Positions 38,910 through 50,992 of a stretch of DNA of 64,000 bases are shown here, piece by piece. This DNA is from Eledone cirrhosa (lineage: Eukaryota). Made by a program: the position numbers and the translations under genes. How positions within the stretch are numbered: the first letter of the stretch is position 1; every line of letters starts with the position of its first letter. The stretch covers positions 32,507 through 96,506 of the forward strand of contig CAXHJY010000007.1 of the NCBI GenBank assembly GCA_964016885.1, read 5' to 3'. The notes under the pieces are model-generated. The model did not search any database, was not told the origin of the DNA, and was given only the letters and a program-made list of their open reading frames with translations.

Positions 38910-40475
38910 TCATCATCATCATCATTGTTTAACATCCATTTTCCACGCTTGCATGGGTTAGATAGGTTGTCGCCTTATGAGACAAGGATCTGTATTTTGA
39001 CTTGGTTACTACCGCTGGATGCCCTTCCTAACACCAATCACATTTAAAGTGGCACCAAAACAACTATCTAACAGGGTGGAATTTGTGAAGTTATCAGCAT
39101 GATCACCTTACAGCATCAGCTGGGTGCTTTTTGACATGTCACCAGCACAACCACCTGCTGAGTGGACTGGGCACTTTTTGTCACTTCATCAGTATAACCA
39201 CCTTACAGGGTGGACTGGGATTCTGCTTTCATGTGACCAGCACAACCATCTTATAGAGTGCATTTGGAGCTGCCTCTTGTCATGTTACCAATATGACCAC
39301 CTTACAGGATGGACTGGGTGTTTTTGTTGTGATACAAGATCACCGTACAGGGTGGGCAAAGTGCTTTTTGTCAAGGCAGCAACATTAGGGGAGTGGGGGA
39401 GAGCAGAATATGGAGTGTGTCAAGCTGTTCATGCTTATATGCATAGGTTGAGCATGACAAGAGCGTGGAATGTGGGGAGGGGAGTGTGTATGCAAGTTGG
39501 ACAGGCTAGGGTCCTTTACATGTTTGTTTATACTGTGAACATGGGAAGGCAGGACTTCAGCAGTACAGCATAACGCCTGACATGCCGATCCTGTTTCATC
39601 TCCTTTGAGAAGTTTTTATCACTTCATTCTAAGCTTTCCGGGGTCTTCCTCTTCCACAGCTTCCATTAACTTTGAACGGCCTGTATCTTTTTATACAGCT
39701 GATCCCTCTTATGCCCAGTTTCTATCTCAGTTCATTGATGCTTCATTATTCATGCACACAACTATTACATATCCATTGAAGCATGCAAACTTCATTTCTT
39801 TCCAATCTTCATAGGTCCACTGCACACAGTGCCCAGGTTTCACTTTCATGCAGCATTGTTATTCGTACACAAGCATCATACAATCAACCTTTAATTTTGA
39901 GAGAAAAACCCTTTGAGGTTAGTAGCAGTAGTAGCTCCCTGAACTTTTTCCATCCCATTCTCATGTTGGCTACTGTACTTTCAAAAGACCCACTTCTATT
40001 GTTAATTTGTCATCCAAGTAACAGAAGCTGCAACTAGTTCTACAGAGTTCTCTGAGCATTTAATAGAGCTTGTTTCCTATAAACTCTTGTTGCTCACTGC
40101 TCCTGTGCGTTGACCACATATAAAACCTTATGTTCTTTGTTAGCCTACCTGAGATCCTGCTAAATCTCTTGTGTACCCATAGTTCGCATTTGGGACAAAA
40201 GATGAAATTTCTACCTACTCCTTTCCTACACATAAAGCAAGCCATTTCCCTGAAGGAACCATAGCCCTGATTTCCTTTCTGCTTACTAGGACTTCAGTGT
40301 TTGCTATGTTGACTTTAAGACCTTTTTATTCCAAGCTATACTTCCAGATCAGGAATTTCTTCTCTAATTCTGCCACAGATTCAACTACGAGGGTTAGATC
40401 ATCGGCATATAGGAGTTCCCATAGATAGCCAGTCTTAAACTCTTCCATTATAGCTTGTAAAATAATAAACAGGAT
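38910..40475 (-). mobile_element. Decayed RTE LINE 3' portion
   Basis: CFMCRKGVGRNFIFCPKCELWVHKR; 3'UTR with expanded ~40-bp subrepeats. Confidence 0.85.
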
Positions 40476-42067
40476 GCTTGTAGGATGATTTCACAAAAAA
40501 AAATATCTAAAACCATGGGTCTTTTAATTCAAATGTTTATTGTCTTTACTAGTAAACAAATTGCTGTGAAAATTTGCAATATCAGGGTAAAGATTTAAAT
40601 TTTTATTGGTATACAATCATAATGCTGTTTTATACTTTTTCAAGAATGCCTTGCTAATGCGGTTTCATCTGGTACAGCACGTTAAGAATTAAAACTTTAA
40701 ATTGTTTAGATTTTCAACCACATAGAAACATCTCCAAGTGCTGTCAATTACCAATAATAAATCCTGAGAATTTTAACTGCCACTGAGACTGCCATACTTG
40801 GTTTTGTTGTTGCCATCATTAGCATTAAAATGTGTTATATATGAACTCACTGTGATTCAAAATAAAGTGAAATTCATACAAAACAATTAATCCTTGCATA
40901 AAAAGAGCTGAAAGAATTTAATCAACTAATTCTGTGCCCAAGATTTACCAAACCAAAACTGACAAAGGCTGATCAACAATAACACCTTGATTTATATATC
41001 TTTACTTTGTATTTCTCTGAAATTATTTCTTTCAACATGCTTGGAGCCCTCTTTTCCTTTAGGTTTTCCATACCTTTGGAAATTTATTCTCTTTCATGCA
41101 TTCTAAGTACTGCAAAAGAAACAATAAATATACTAAACTCACTCACTCAACATACCCTTCAATACCAGCGTATCAGAACTTATTTAATAATTATGTGTAT
41201 ATTTGCTATGCTGTGTGATAAAGGAAGTTATTGATAATAACAGAATATATATTTCTTCCCATGTCAGATGCTCTTCAACTATCAACATAGTGAAACACAG
41301 CACAAAAAAAAAGGGCATAAAAAACGAACTATAGAGTCAAGCACATTTAGCCACAAGATGTTGTATGGTAAGGAAGGATCATGTATTTAAGGCTAGCCCA
41401 CACAACAGAATCAAAATTTCTGTTGGTGTGATTTGTATAGATAGAGAACAAGACAAAACAAAAGAGCTATAGTTTGTTCTTTGTTATTCAACTTTGCTTT
41501 CTCCACTGTTATCACTTTCATTTCCTTTTTTCTTTGCTCTCTCTCTCGCCCATCTCTCATCATATGCTATACACTCTATTCCTTTCATTCTCTCTCTCAC
41601 CCTCCTAACATTTTCTCTCTGCTCTTCCATTCATTAAGGGTTTTGTTTAACCCAACTCTTTGCTATGACCATCATAAGGAACGTGGAAATAGCTGTCTTA
41701 CAGCTATTTCCGCGTTCCTTGCAATTTTATGAGATATTTTAAAGTCTGTATTTTCTATGCTAAATGGTCAATTTGGCAGCCATTAGAGCATTGGATATTT
41801 ATTCCAGGTCTCTGAGTTCAAATCCTGCCATAGTCCACTTCACCTTTCATTCTTTTGGGGTCAAAAAAACAAGTACCAGCTGTGTGCTGGTGCAACCCTT
41901 TCTCCTCCCGGATATTTAGTTGGATAAAGGGAGGGTCTGTTGAAAGAATGGCTATGTTTGCTCACAACTGCATAGCCACCTAAAACCCTTTGTGAAAGCT
42001 TTTTGCATACTTCTAAGACATATTCAACATATTCAACTTCTAAGACATATTTAACTTTTCATATTGG

Positions 42068-42410
42068 ATCATCATCATCATCATCTCATTTTACGTCCAC
42101 TTTTCCCTGCTTGCAAGGGTGGGACGGGAACTGATTCTGGCTTGATTTCTACAGCTGGATGCCCTTCCTAACACCAACCTCATTTACAGTGAGTGCTGGG
42201 TGCTTTTTTGCCGTGGCACCTCCACGACCACTTTGCAGTGGAATGATAGGGACCCCAATCCCTATCATCTCATTTCTACAGCTGAGTAAACTCGAGCAAT
42301 GTGAAATAAAGTGCCTTGCTCAAGGAAACAACACATCACCCGGTCTGAGAATTGAACTCACAACCTTTTGATTGCAAGGCCAATGCTCTAACCACTAAGC
42401 CATGTGCCTC
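42068..42410 (-). mobile_element. SINE family A, full length
   Basis: Reverse complement of 3366-3700. Confidence 0.9.
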
Positions 42411-43269
42411 CGTGTAAGCAATATGGATATGTAATGGAAAGGAGTGCATTTTTAACATAGCTCTACTTGTTATAATCCATTAAACAACCATTATTTATAA
42501 GTTTTTTATTATTTAATCTGGGGGAAGAGTGATATCCAAAACATTTTTAGATTCCTTTAGACATGGGTATGAGATTGTAGAAGGCAATGTTGACAGCTGG
42601 ATTTTGTCACTGACAGTGTTTAGGACAAGACATTTAATACTCAAATGGCTCAGTGAACAGAGCTGTAAATATGTACCACATTGGTAGAAACAGTTTTCCA
42701 CTAAACTTTGTAAAATTGATGAGTATTTAATTAGCCAGCATTACTGAATACAACTTTCCTTGTTAGGGGTTGCTTAGAGAAGAATGAGCTCCACCAGACA
42801 GAATATAAATACTATCTTCAACAATGCCCACATCCACCACAACATAACAGATGATATGGCTAGCTAAAAACGTACAACTAACACATTGGAATCGATGTGG
42901 TCAGTGTTCAGTTTTTAAAGGCTTTCATTTTCTTAGTGGATAAAGAGGAAAAGGGTCTTCCAAAGACACACAATTTTTAAAACAGAAAATATTTACTATA
43001 GAGACTGGGAAATGAGACATATCAAAGATGAAAAGAGACAGGTATATCAGTGTATTATATATATTTGGTATAATGTCAACAAGTACAATGAGCAAAGAGC
43101 ATTATAGAGGGAAAGTAGCAGAGTTCATCATTGATAATTGCTGAGAATTTGAAAGTACTACCAGGCTATGTTAGTACTGTACTAGTTATTCACTTAGATA
43201 TATCAGGTAGTGTTTAAAGGTGCTTTACCTATTGATGGGTATTGTATCATTATCAGATACTAATACAAA

Positions 43270-43790
43270 GATAAATACAGTGCACTGAAGAGGAACAATA
43301 TAAGAAGCTTGAAACTGATAAGCTAAAACTTTAAAGTAGTTGAAAGAAAGTTAGCAAAATTATTACAGTTTGGATTTGTACTGAAATTTAGAAGCACATC
43401 ACAGATATCATATTTTAAATAAGTCAACTGCAATTGATGTTTTTGGCTTAATACACTACTTTGCATTCCTTAATCTGGAATTTACCTCTATGCTCTTGTG
43501 TATGGTTAGAAAATCAAGTGTAGAAAAGTAGCATTGTGGGAGGTGGTGGTGTAAGCAATATTATTATTAACAGTGAGTACACGACAGAATTTAGTGTACT
43601 GATAGGTGTTTACCAGGATTCAAGCATCATTAATTTATTATATATTATAGTTATTGAAGCAATAAAACAGCATTTCAAGACTGAATCTCCTTTATATGCT
43701 GACAGGCTAGGTCTCAATGAAGATACTGTCAAAGAGCTATAGGAAAAGTCCCAAACCTGTAAGAAAAGGGAAGTAAAAAGGACAATATCA
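43270..43790 (+). mobile_element. Highly decayed RTE RT fragment
   Basis: INSEYTTEFSVLIGVYQDS...LYAD resembles INNEYSEEFSVKVGVHQGS...LYADD. Confidence 0.6.
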
Positions 43791-45031
43791 GAAGGACTGA
43801 AATACTATTTAATAACAGAAAGAACATGATTTCAAGTTTAGGCACAAGGTCAACAAATTTGAGGGAAGGGCAAAGTTGATTAAATCAGCCCCAGTACTTA
43901 ACAGGTACTTATTTTATTGACCTTGGAAAGATGAAAGGCAATGTTGACCTTCACAGGATTTGAACTCAAAATGTAGAGTTAGACAAATACTGCAATGACA
44001 TTTTATCCTGTTCTCTACCAAATCTGCCAATCCACCACCCTAGGATCCCACTGTTACTGTGAAGGGACCTTACTCAATACAGATGAAAAGAGTGGACATA
44101 CATACTATCCACAGAGAGCAATCAATATATATTGAATGTATTTAACTGAAAGTGATATATAATCATCAAGTTCAGAGGATCAGAGACAAGCACTCAAAAA
44201 GACAGCAGGAGCATACAGTTTGATAGTGGGCTATTCTTTTGAAATTATTGTTAAAGCTTGCTTACATGGTAGACAGCCTTTTCTTGTGTGTGATCTGCAA
44301 TTTGTGTGTATAGGTGTGGTTCCTTTTCTACTCCATACGTCTAATATCGTTTCTTCCATACCTCCATAGGTATTTTATCAGATTCCTTTCTTCAGTTCTG
44401 TGTCCTACTTCCTAATGGATTGCCAAAACAATTCTGTATATGGATCATCATCATCATTGACATCATAATCATCATCATTATTGACAGCATAATCATCATC
44501 ATTTTAAATCTACTTTCTATATTGGCAGGGGTTGGATGAATTGTTACAGACCAGGTCAGTGCTTAATTGGAGTTACTGTGTTCCTTATTGAGTTGGGGGA
44601 CCACATCTCACTCAGATACACCCCCTTTTTATCATGGTTTCTACTATTGCATAACCTTCCTAATACCAGCCACTTCACAGACTATTGGCTACATTTTATC
44701 ATGGCACCAACACTCAGAAGGTTATTGTGCCATTGACATAATTAAAGACACCCATTTTACAAAGTTTATTAGGTGTATTTTATTATGTCACCAGCACTAG
44801 AAATGTTGTTCTACCTCTGGCACGATTGAAAAGTTCTTTCTACCTTTGCTGGCCTTGTGCCAAAAGTAGAAACAATTATTTCCATTCAAATGACTCAAAT
44901 CAGAGGGGCTAAGGATGTTAAATATTAGTAATATTGATAATAACAAATAAGTTTTGCATTTAAATGTGTATCTTATAGATATTTCTTTTAGACTTTAAAT
45001 CCTAATATAATGAATTTGATTTACTTTTCAG

Positions 45032-45139
45032 CTTTGCCCCCACAGCATGGAAGAGTTGCTATAGTTACTGGTGGAACCACAGGCATTGGCTATCACACTG
45101 CAAAGACTCTTTGTAGCCTGGGAATGCATGTTATTATTG
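45032..45139 (+). CDS. DHRSX: DHRSX-like SDR, coding exon 2 (Rossmann TGxxxGIG motif)
   Basis: ttttcag| acceptor and |gtaagt donor; 108 nt, phase 1-1; encodes LPPQHGRVAIVTGGTTGIGYHTAKTLCSLGMHVII, close to my recollection of vertebrate DHRSX (RVAIVTGGTDGIGYSTAKHLARLGMHVII). Not in the ORF track. Confidence 0.92.
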
Positions 45140-45896
45140 GTAAGTCCCTGTTATACTTATAACAAATACACACTGCTCTTCAACTTTATTGTTCTTAATT
45201 ATTGAACTAATTTTTTGGTGTCAGGTGACACTGCGTAGAACATAAAACCAATTGGTGTACATGTGATTACAAAGCTGGCAGGCATTGTTGACTCCTCTAT
45301 AGATATGGTTATTATCATCATCATCGTTTTTACATCTACTTTCCATACTTGCATGGGTTGGATGGGATATTTTGAGACAATGTTTTACAGCCAGATGCCC
45401 TTTCTGATGCCAGACCTATTAGTCACCTCTTACAACATCCATACTATAAATCTGTTATATTTCAACAAAGGCAATGTTTTGCAGATTTCAGTTTTTAGGT
45501 CCAAATCTCATCAAAGATTGACAAATCCTTTCAAGGGTCAGTAATACAATCACAGTGTATTGAGGAAATATTTGAAATTTATCTTGATAGAAGTTTTAAT
45601 TGTCCATTATAAATAAGTATACTTCTGCTTCAATTATGGCTCCAGATGACAATTATTATGATGATAGTGATCTTAGTAAAATGATGATTTAACCTAATAT
45701 TTAGTGTATTATCTTTCAGTTCAATGATGTTTGTACAATAAATGATGTAAATACAATTAAAAAAAAATTTAAATCTCTCAACATGTAGGTTTCTTGATTG
45801 GACACTCATCTAAGTACTAACTAGATTCAACATTGCTTTACTTTAGAAATCAGAAGCTGGTGTTTTTCTCTTGATAGGGCTTAACTCTGGAGGTAT

Positions 45897-46120
45897 TTAA
45901 CCCTTTAGCATTTAAACCGGTTGTATCCAGCCAGAATTCTCTCACCTCTTTCTGTCCTAACTGGCCGTAACTGGCCACTCATACTGATGTTAAGGTATTG
46001 TTCTCAAAACAATTAACATCAAAATCTTGTAGATTCAATATTATGTGAGATAATTATGTAAGATAAAGCCTTTACCACAAAAATACAATAGTATATATAG
46101 AGTAAATGCTAAAGGGTTAA
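45897..46120. mobile_element. piggyBac-type MITE, best-preserved copy
   Basis: TTAA-ccctttagcattta...taaatgctaaaggg-TTAA. Confidence 0.85.
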
Positions 46121-48004
46121 TCAAAGCCAACCTGTGGCAAAGTGAAATTCTAAACTTCTGTCCATCACCAGGGCCATAAAATTACAGAAGATAATAAAAC
46201 AAGGAATGTCAAGGAGTAGTTTAAAGAAACATTTCAATATTGGACATAACATTATCTAATGTTATTTCACTACTAGATGTACCCAGGATTTAAAGAAACA
46301 TTATTTCAAAACTAGGGTATATACCATTACCCAGTGTTTTTTTTATGATGGGGGAGGGGTAGAGTTAAATGATTATTTAAAGAAATGTTATTTTAATTCG
46401 GAACACAGTTCTGCCTTATTTTTCTTTTGAAAATAGAGTAAAGTGATTTACAAAAAATCTTATTTTAATACTGAATGTACAATTATCCAGAATTTAAAGA
46501 AATGTTATTTCGAAACTTTTACAATCCACCTGATGGGCTTCTGCAAGTAGGTAGGGCTCTGGCAAGTCAATTGTTCATATTTTGTCTAACATTGATGAAT
46601 TGTATATCAACTTACAAAAAATATCTACCTATTATAAATAGTTGGTCTGAGGCAAAACAATTAACACTGAACTAACCCAGTTTACATGTTTGTAAATAAG
46701 TACATCTTGTAGTAAACAAGTATACCTAACAACAACATGAGTGTAGTAAATCTGAAGTAAATAACTAACTTATGAGAAAACTAGTACCTCCACAGCTGTG
46801 ATAATATATTTGCAACTGATGATATAAACCAAGGATCAGCAAGCATCGGTCTGCAGGATGAATCCAGCCTGCAACTTCATTTCATTTTGCTTGTTGACTC
46901 CATTGAATATGTGATGTTGTATACAAAGATTCTTTGTTTTCCTTATCAATCTTTGGTTAACCTTCTGGGTGCTCTAGGTGCATTATGTGACCAATAATGT
47001 AATCTCCCCCTTAATGCATAATGCAATGTCGAGGGAAGCAATTCATACAAAAATTCAGCTTGCTAAAGGTTAATATAATTATTGTTATTTTCACAGTTCT
47101 TATTCATTCATATGCAATATTCTATGTTGAATTTCTGAACCACCAATGATGGTGGAAATATAGAAAAACAGATATTTTAGCACCTTATTCACGGAGAATT
47201 TGAAATTGGTGAAAATCAGCAAATTATTGACTTTGAATATAAGATATTTGTTTCTTGCATAAGCACACAGTGTGAGATTTAACTGTTTTGTTAGCATATT
47301 TCTAATGAAAGCCGCTGTATATAATTTTCAAATCATTTCCAAAATAATCGGAAGTTTGAAGGGATTTAGTAATATAACTAGCTTTCTCATCATTAAGCTA
47401 TTGTTTGGAACATTATTTAAAAAAAGTTCTTCTTTGCCCACTTATTCCTGGGAGGGTCATTGGGAACAGAATCCTCAAACACTCCTTCCAGCGGGTCCTG
47501 TCAGCAGCAACCATCTTCAATTGATCTGGCTGGATCCCCAAGCGAGACCAGCCATGCTTATGGATGTTATCCAACTATCTTATTCGAGGTGTACTCCTGA
47601 ATCTCCTGCCAGTTGGTTTTGCTTAACAAAAGTTCATTATGACAATAAAACTAAAATTTTGATGGAAGGTTTTTAGATAAATATAAATAATCACTTTATG
47701 GGTTAAAGTGTAAACTGATAGGATATTGTGAGATTAATGTCTTTGTCAACAAAGTGGTGTGAAGTTTCTTGGGTAAAATTACATAAAGATAATAATTTAA
47801 TATTTATTAAGCAATGAAGGAAAGAAAGGGAGAAGGGAGAGGGTGCAGATTCTACACCTAAGTCAGGGAAATTGAAAATTGGTTCACAAACTCTAATTGT
47901 TGCCATAGAGAGGCTGTTTAGTTTTATTGTCATCAAAATGATTACTAAGTTTATGGTTTCACAGTTAGTACAGCTCTTGTAGTGTTTACTGAAACACATT
48001 AGAA

Positions 48005-48107
48005 CAGCGGTCGCCAACCAATGGTCTGAGAGAAAATGTTGGTGGTTCGCAGGATTTAAAATTATGCATTTAGTGGTCTGTGAGGTCCGAAAGGTTGACG
48101 ACTGCTG
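48005..48107. mobile_element. 103-bp hAT (Charlie-type) MITE
   Basis: TIR cagcggtcgccaacc / ggttgacgactgctg; perfect 8-bp TSD CATTAGAA at 47997-48004 and 48108-48115. Confidence 0.85.
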
Positions 48108-48535
48108 CATTAGAAAACATATTGTTGATAAATTATAGTAATAAGCCAACTGAAAATATATTAAAACATATAACTTTAAACTAATTAACACATTTATCTG
48201 TAGCTCTGAGTTATGTAGTATTGATTATTTGACACTCAGCTTAAAATAAACTGCATAAGCTTAGCTAAATCTGAAGTATTCAAGATTAAGTGACTTCCAT
48301 ATGAACATACATATGAATGCTTGTTATATATATATATATATGTGTGCCTGTGTGTTTATTTATGATTTTATATATATTAATATATATCATTATCATAATC
48401 ATCATTTTAATGTCTGTTTTTCCACGCTTGCATGGATTGGACAGATCCTTCTCAGCACAGCATCTCTCCACTCACCACGTTTATATATGTGTGTGTGTGT
48501 GTGTGTATTTGTATGTATACATATATAGGTATATA

Positions 48536-48569
<34 letters not shown>

Positions 48570-48572
<3 letters not shown>

Positions 48573-49100
48573 CACTTGGGGAGGGTCATATTGTTGTAAT
48601 AATATTGCCAGAAATAATAACAGAACACACTCACTGTTTGGTTGGTTTTTGCTTTTGTATCTTTTATATCTCCATAGTTAATTTATTTGGCAATCAATGT
48701 TTATCATTGATTGACCAGCGGTTAAAAATACAGATATAAATATATATAGTCTGTCAAAGTTCTTTCATTGCACATTGTGTTATATTGTATTCTACCATAC
48801 AATAGGAGGGAACATAATAGTACCACTGATGATGTTGCAGATGTGCAACGGAAGAACTTTGATAGACTATATATATTTATATTTATATCTGTATTATTAA
48901 CTGCTGGTTAATCAATGATAAACATTGATTGCCAAATAAATTAACTATGGAGATATAAAAGATACAGAAGCGAAAACCAACCAAGCAGTGAGTGTGTTCT
49001 GTTATTATTTCTGGCAATATTATTACAACAATATGACCCTCCCCAAGTATAACAATATTTGTTTCAACACATAATTTCATATCAAAACCTTGCAAAACAA
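48570..49100. mobile_element. Inverted pair of solo Penelope pLTR fragments (diverged subfamily)
   Basis: 48570-48790 (minus) and 48800-49100 (plus) are both homologous to 54350-54665. Confidence 0.8.
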
Positions 49101-49119
49101 ATATATATATATATATATA

Positions 49120-50992
49120 TATTGTTATACTTGGGGAGGGTCATATTTGTGTAATATTGCCAGAATTAATAACAGAACACACTCACTGTTTGGTTGGTTT
49201 TCGCTTCTCGCTTCTGTGTCTTTTATATCGGTAATCTAACTTACTCGGTCCTCAATGTTGCCATTGACTGACCGACGGTCAAAAATAATACAGATACAAT
49301 ATAGACACAAACACATATATATAGTTTATCATAAATCTTTCGTTGCACATCTGCAACATCATCAGTGGTGCTATATTTTCCTCCTGTTGTATTGTATGTC
49401 TACGCCATTTTTATTCAGTCTGTCTATATATTTATTTATTTATTTGCTTGTTTGTTTATTTTATTTTGTCTTCTTTGCGCATGCGTTTGCGTGTGTATAT
49501 AGTGTTTTGTTTGCTGTGTGATGGGTGACTAGTGTGTGTTTATGTGCTTGTTGTTATTGTGCTTGTGTATGTATTTATTTATTTATTTATTTTATTTTAT
49601 TTACTTATTTATACTTCTCTTAGGTCAGTGTTGTTTGTTTGGGTGTTGTTGTTATTCCATTCATTCTTTCTGTTTAGCCTTGGTCTTCTAATTTCTATTT
49701 CACTGGCCTCTCTGATTTTCCTATCTGCTGGGTCATTTCTATGTTTAGATATTATTCTAATTTCTATGTTGTCTATGTTACCGTCATGTTGTTGTCTAGC
49801 ATGTTCGTATAGTACTGACCCGTTTTTTCGTCCTTTTAGTTCCCCCCAGTGTTGGTCTATCCTTTCACCTATGCTACAAGCTGTCTCACCTATGTATGTT
49901 GTTGTCATGTTTCTGCAAGTACCCTCTGTACATCTTATGCTATAGACTGCGTTTCTAGTTTTACAGTTTATCCGGGGGTTCACCTTACATATGATACATT
50001 TCCTATTGGTACAGTGGGTTTTCTTAAAAGGGTAGGTTTTGCTGATCAGGGATTTTATGGTGGTTCCTGGCTTTTCTACCACCTTTATTTTTAAGTGGGT
50101 CTTTCTCAGGGCCTTTCTACACTGGTTAGCTAATTTCTCCCCAGGGGTGGCGTCCACAAACATGACACTCTGGTATCTCTGGTTGTCGTACCATGAGGTG
50201 GCTTTCCCTATCTTATGTCTAGCCCTATCTAAGCTATTCCATGATTTGCTCCTGTATAATGGGCAAATTCCTTTCATGTCCAGTTCTATGAGGGTCTTAT
50301 ACTTTTCCATGGCTCCTTCGTATACTCTAACTCTGTCTCTTTGGTTGTAGCCAGAGAACTGCATGCGGTTGATGAAGTGTTGGATGTGTCTTTCCATTTC
50401 TGTTGGGTCGCACATGTGGGACACATTCTTCATCACTCGTACCAAATCTGCGATCAGAATATTAAACTTAGCACTACTGGACATTGCTGAGTTTTTTAGT
50501 ATCAGGTATTTGGAGGCCATGGGTTTAGCATAGTGTGAGTGGAGAATTTGGGCTCTCTCGTCTATAGTGTTAATCCAGAGTTCTGTGTCTAATACAGGTA
50601 GTCTATTGTTAGGGTGTTTGGAAGGGAAGTCAATAGTTACAGTTATACTCTGGTGTATGGAATTAGCTATCTGCTGGATGCTTTCCATCGTGCTACGTTC
50701 TAAATCAAACTTGTTAGTGCTCTCTACTGGGGGTGTTCTTATAACTATATTGATATCGTCTACATAACGAGAGTACATGATGAGGTCTATGGAGCTCTCA
50801 TTAAGGAGATCTTTAAGTCTCCTTTCCCACCATACCATGAAAAGGTTGGCAACATGACCAGCTATGCCGACGCCGATGGCTGCTCCCTCATTTTGGGTGT
50901 AGACCTTCTCGTTGAATTTAAATATGTGGCCCTTTAGGGTAGTTTTGATACTAGCCCCTATTGCATGTGCGACCATTTTTCTTACCTGATCA
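49120..50992 (-). mobile_element. Inverted duplicate of the 3' half of the Penelope-like element (RT C-half, GIY-YIG, pLTR)
   Basis: ORF 49609-50976 is essentially identical to 52780-54147 (one visible H/R difference). Confidence 0.95.
49318..49376 (-). ncRNA. Type I hammerhead ribozyme, inverted-arm copy
   Basis: Minus strand atatagcacca-CTGATGA-t-gttgcagatgtgcaac-GAAA-gatTTA-tgataaactatat. Confidence 0.75.

Noticed and set aside
47272-48191. 134-aa and 162-aa ORFs as possible DHRSX exon 3
   Set aside because: No SDR motifs; one spans a MITE. I found no further DHRSX exon in the window.
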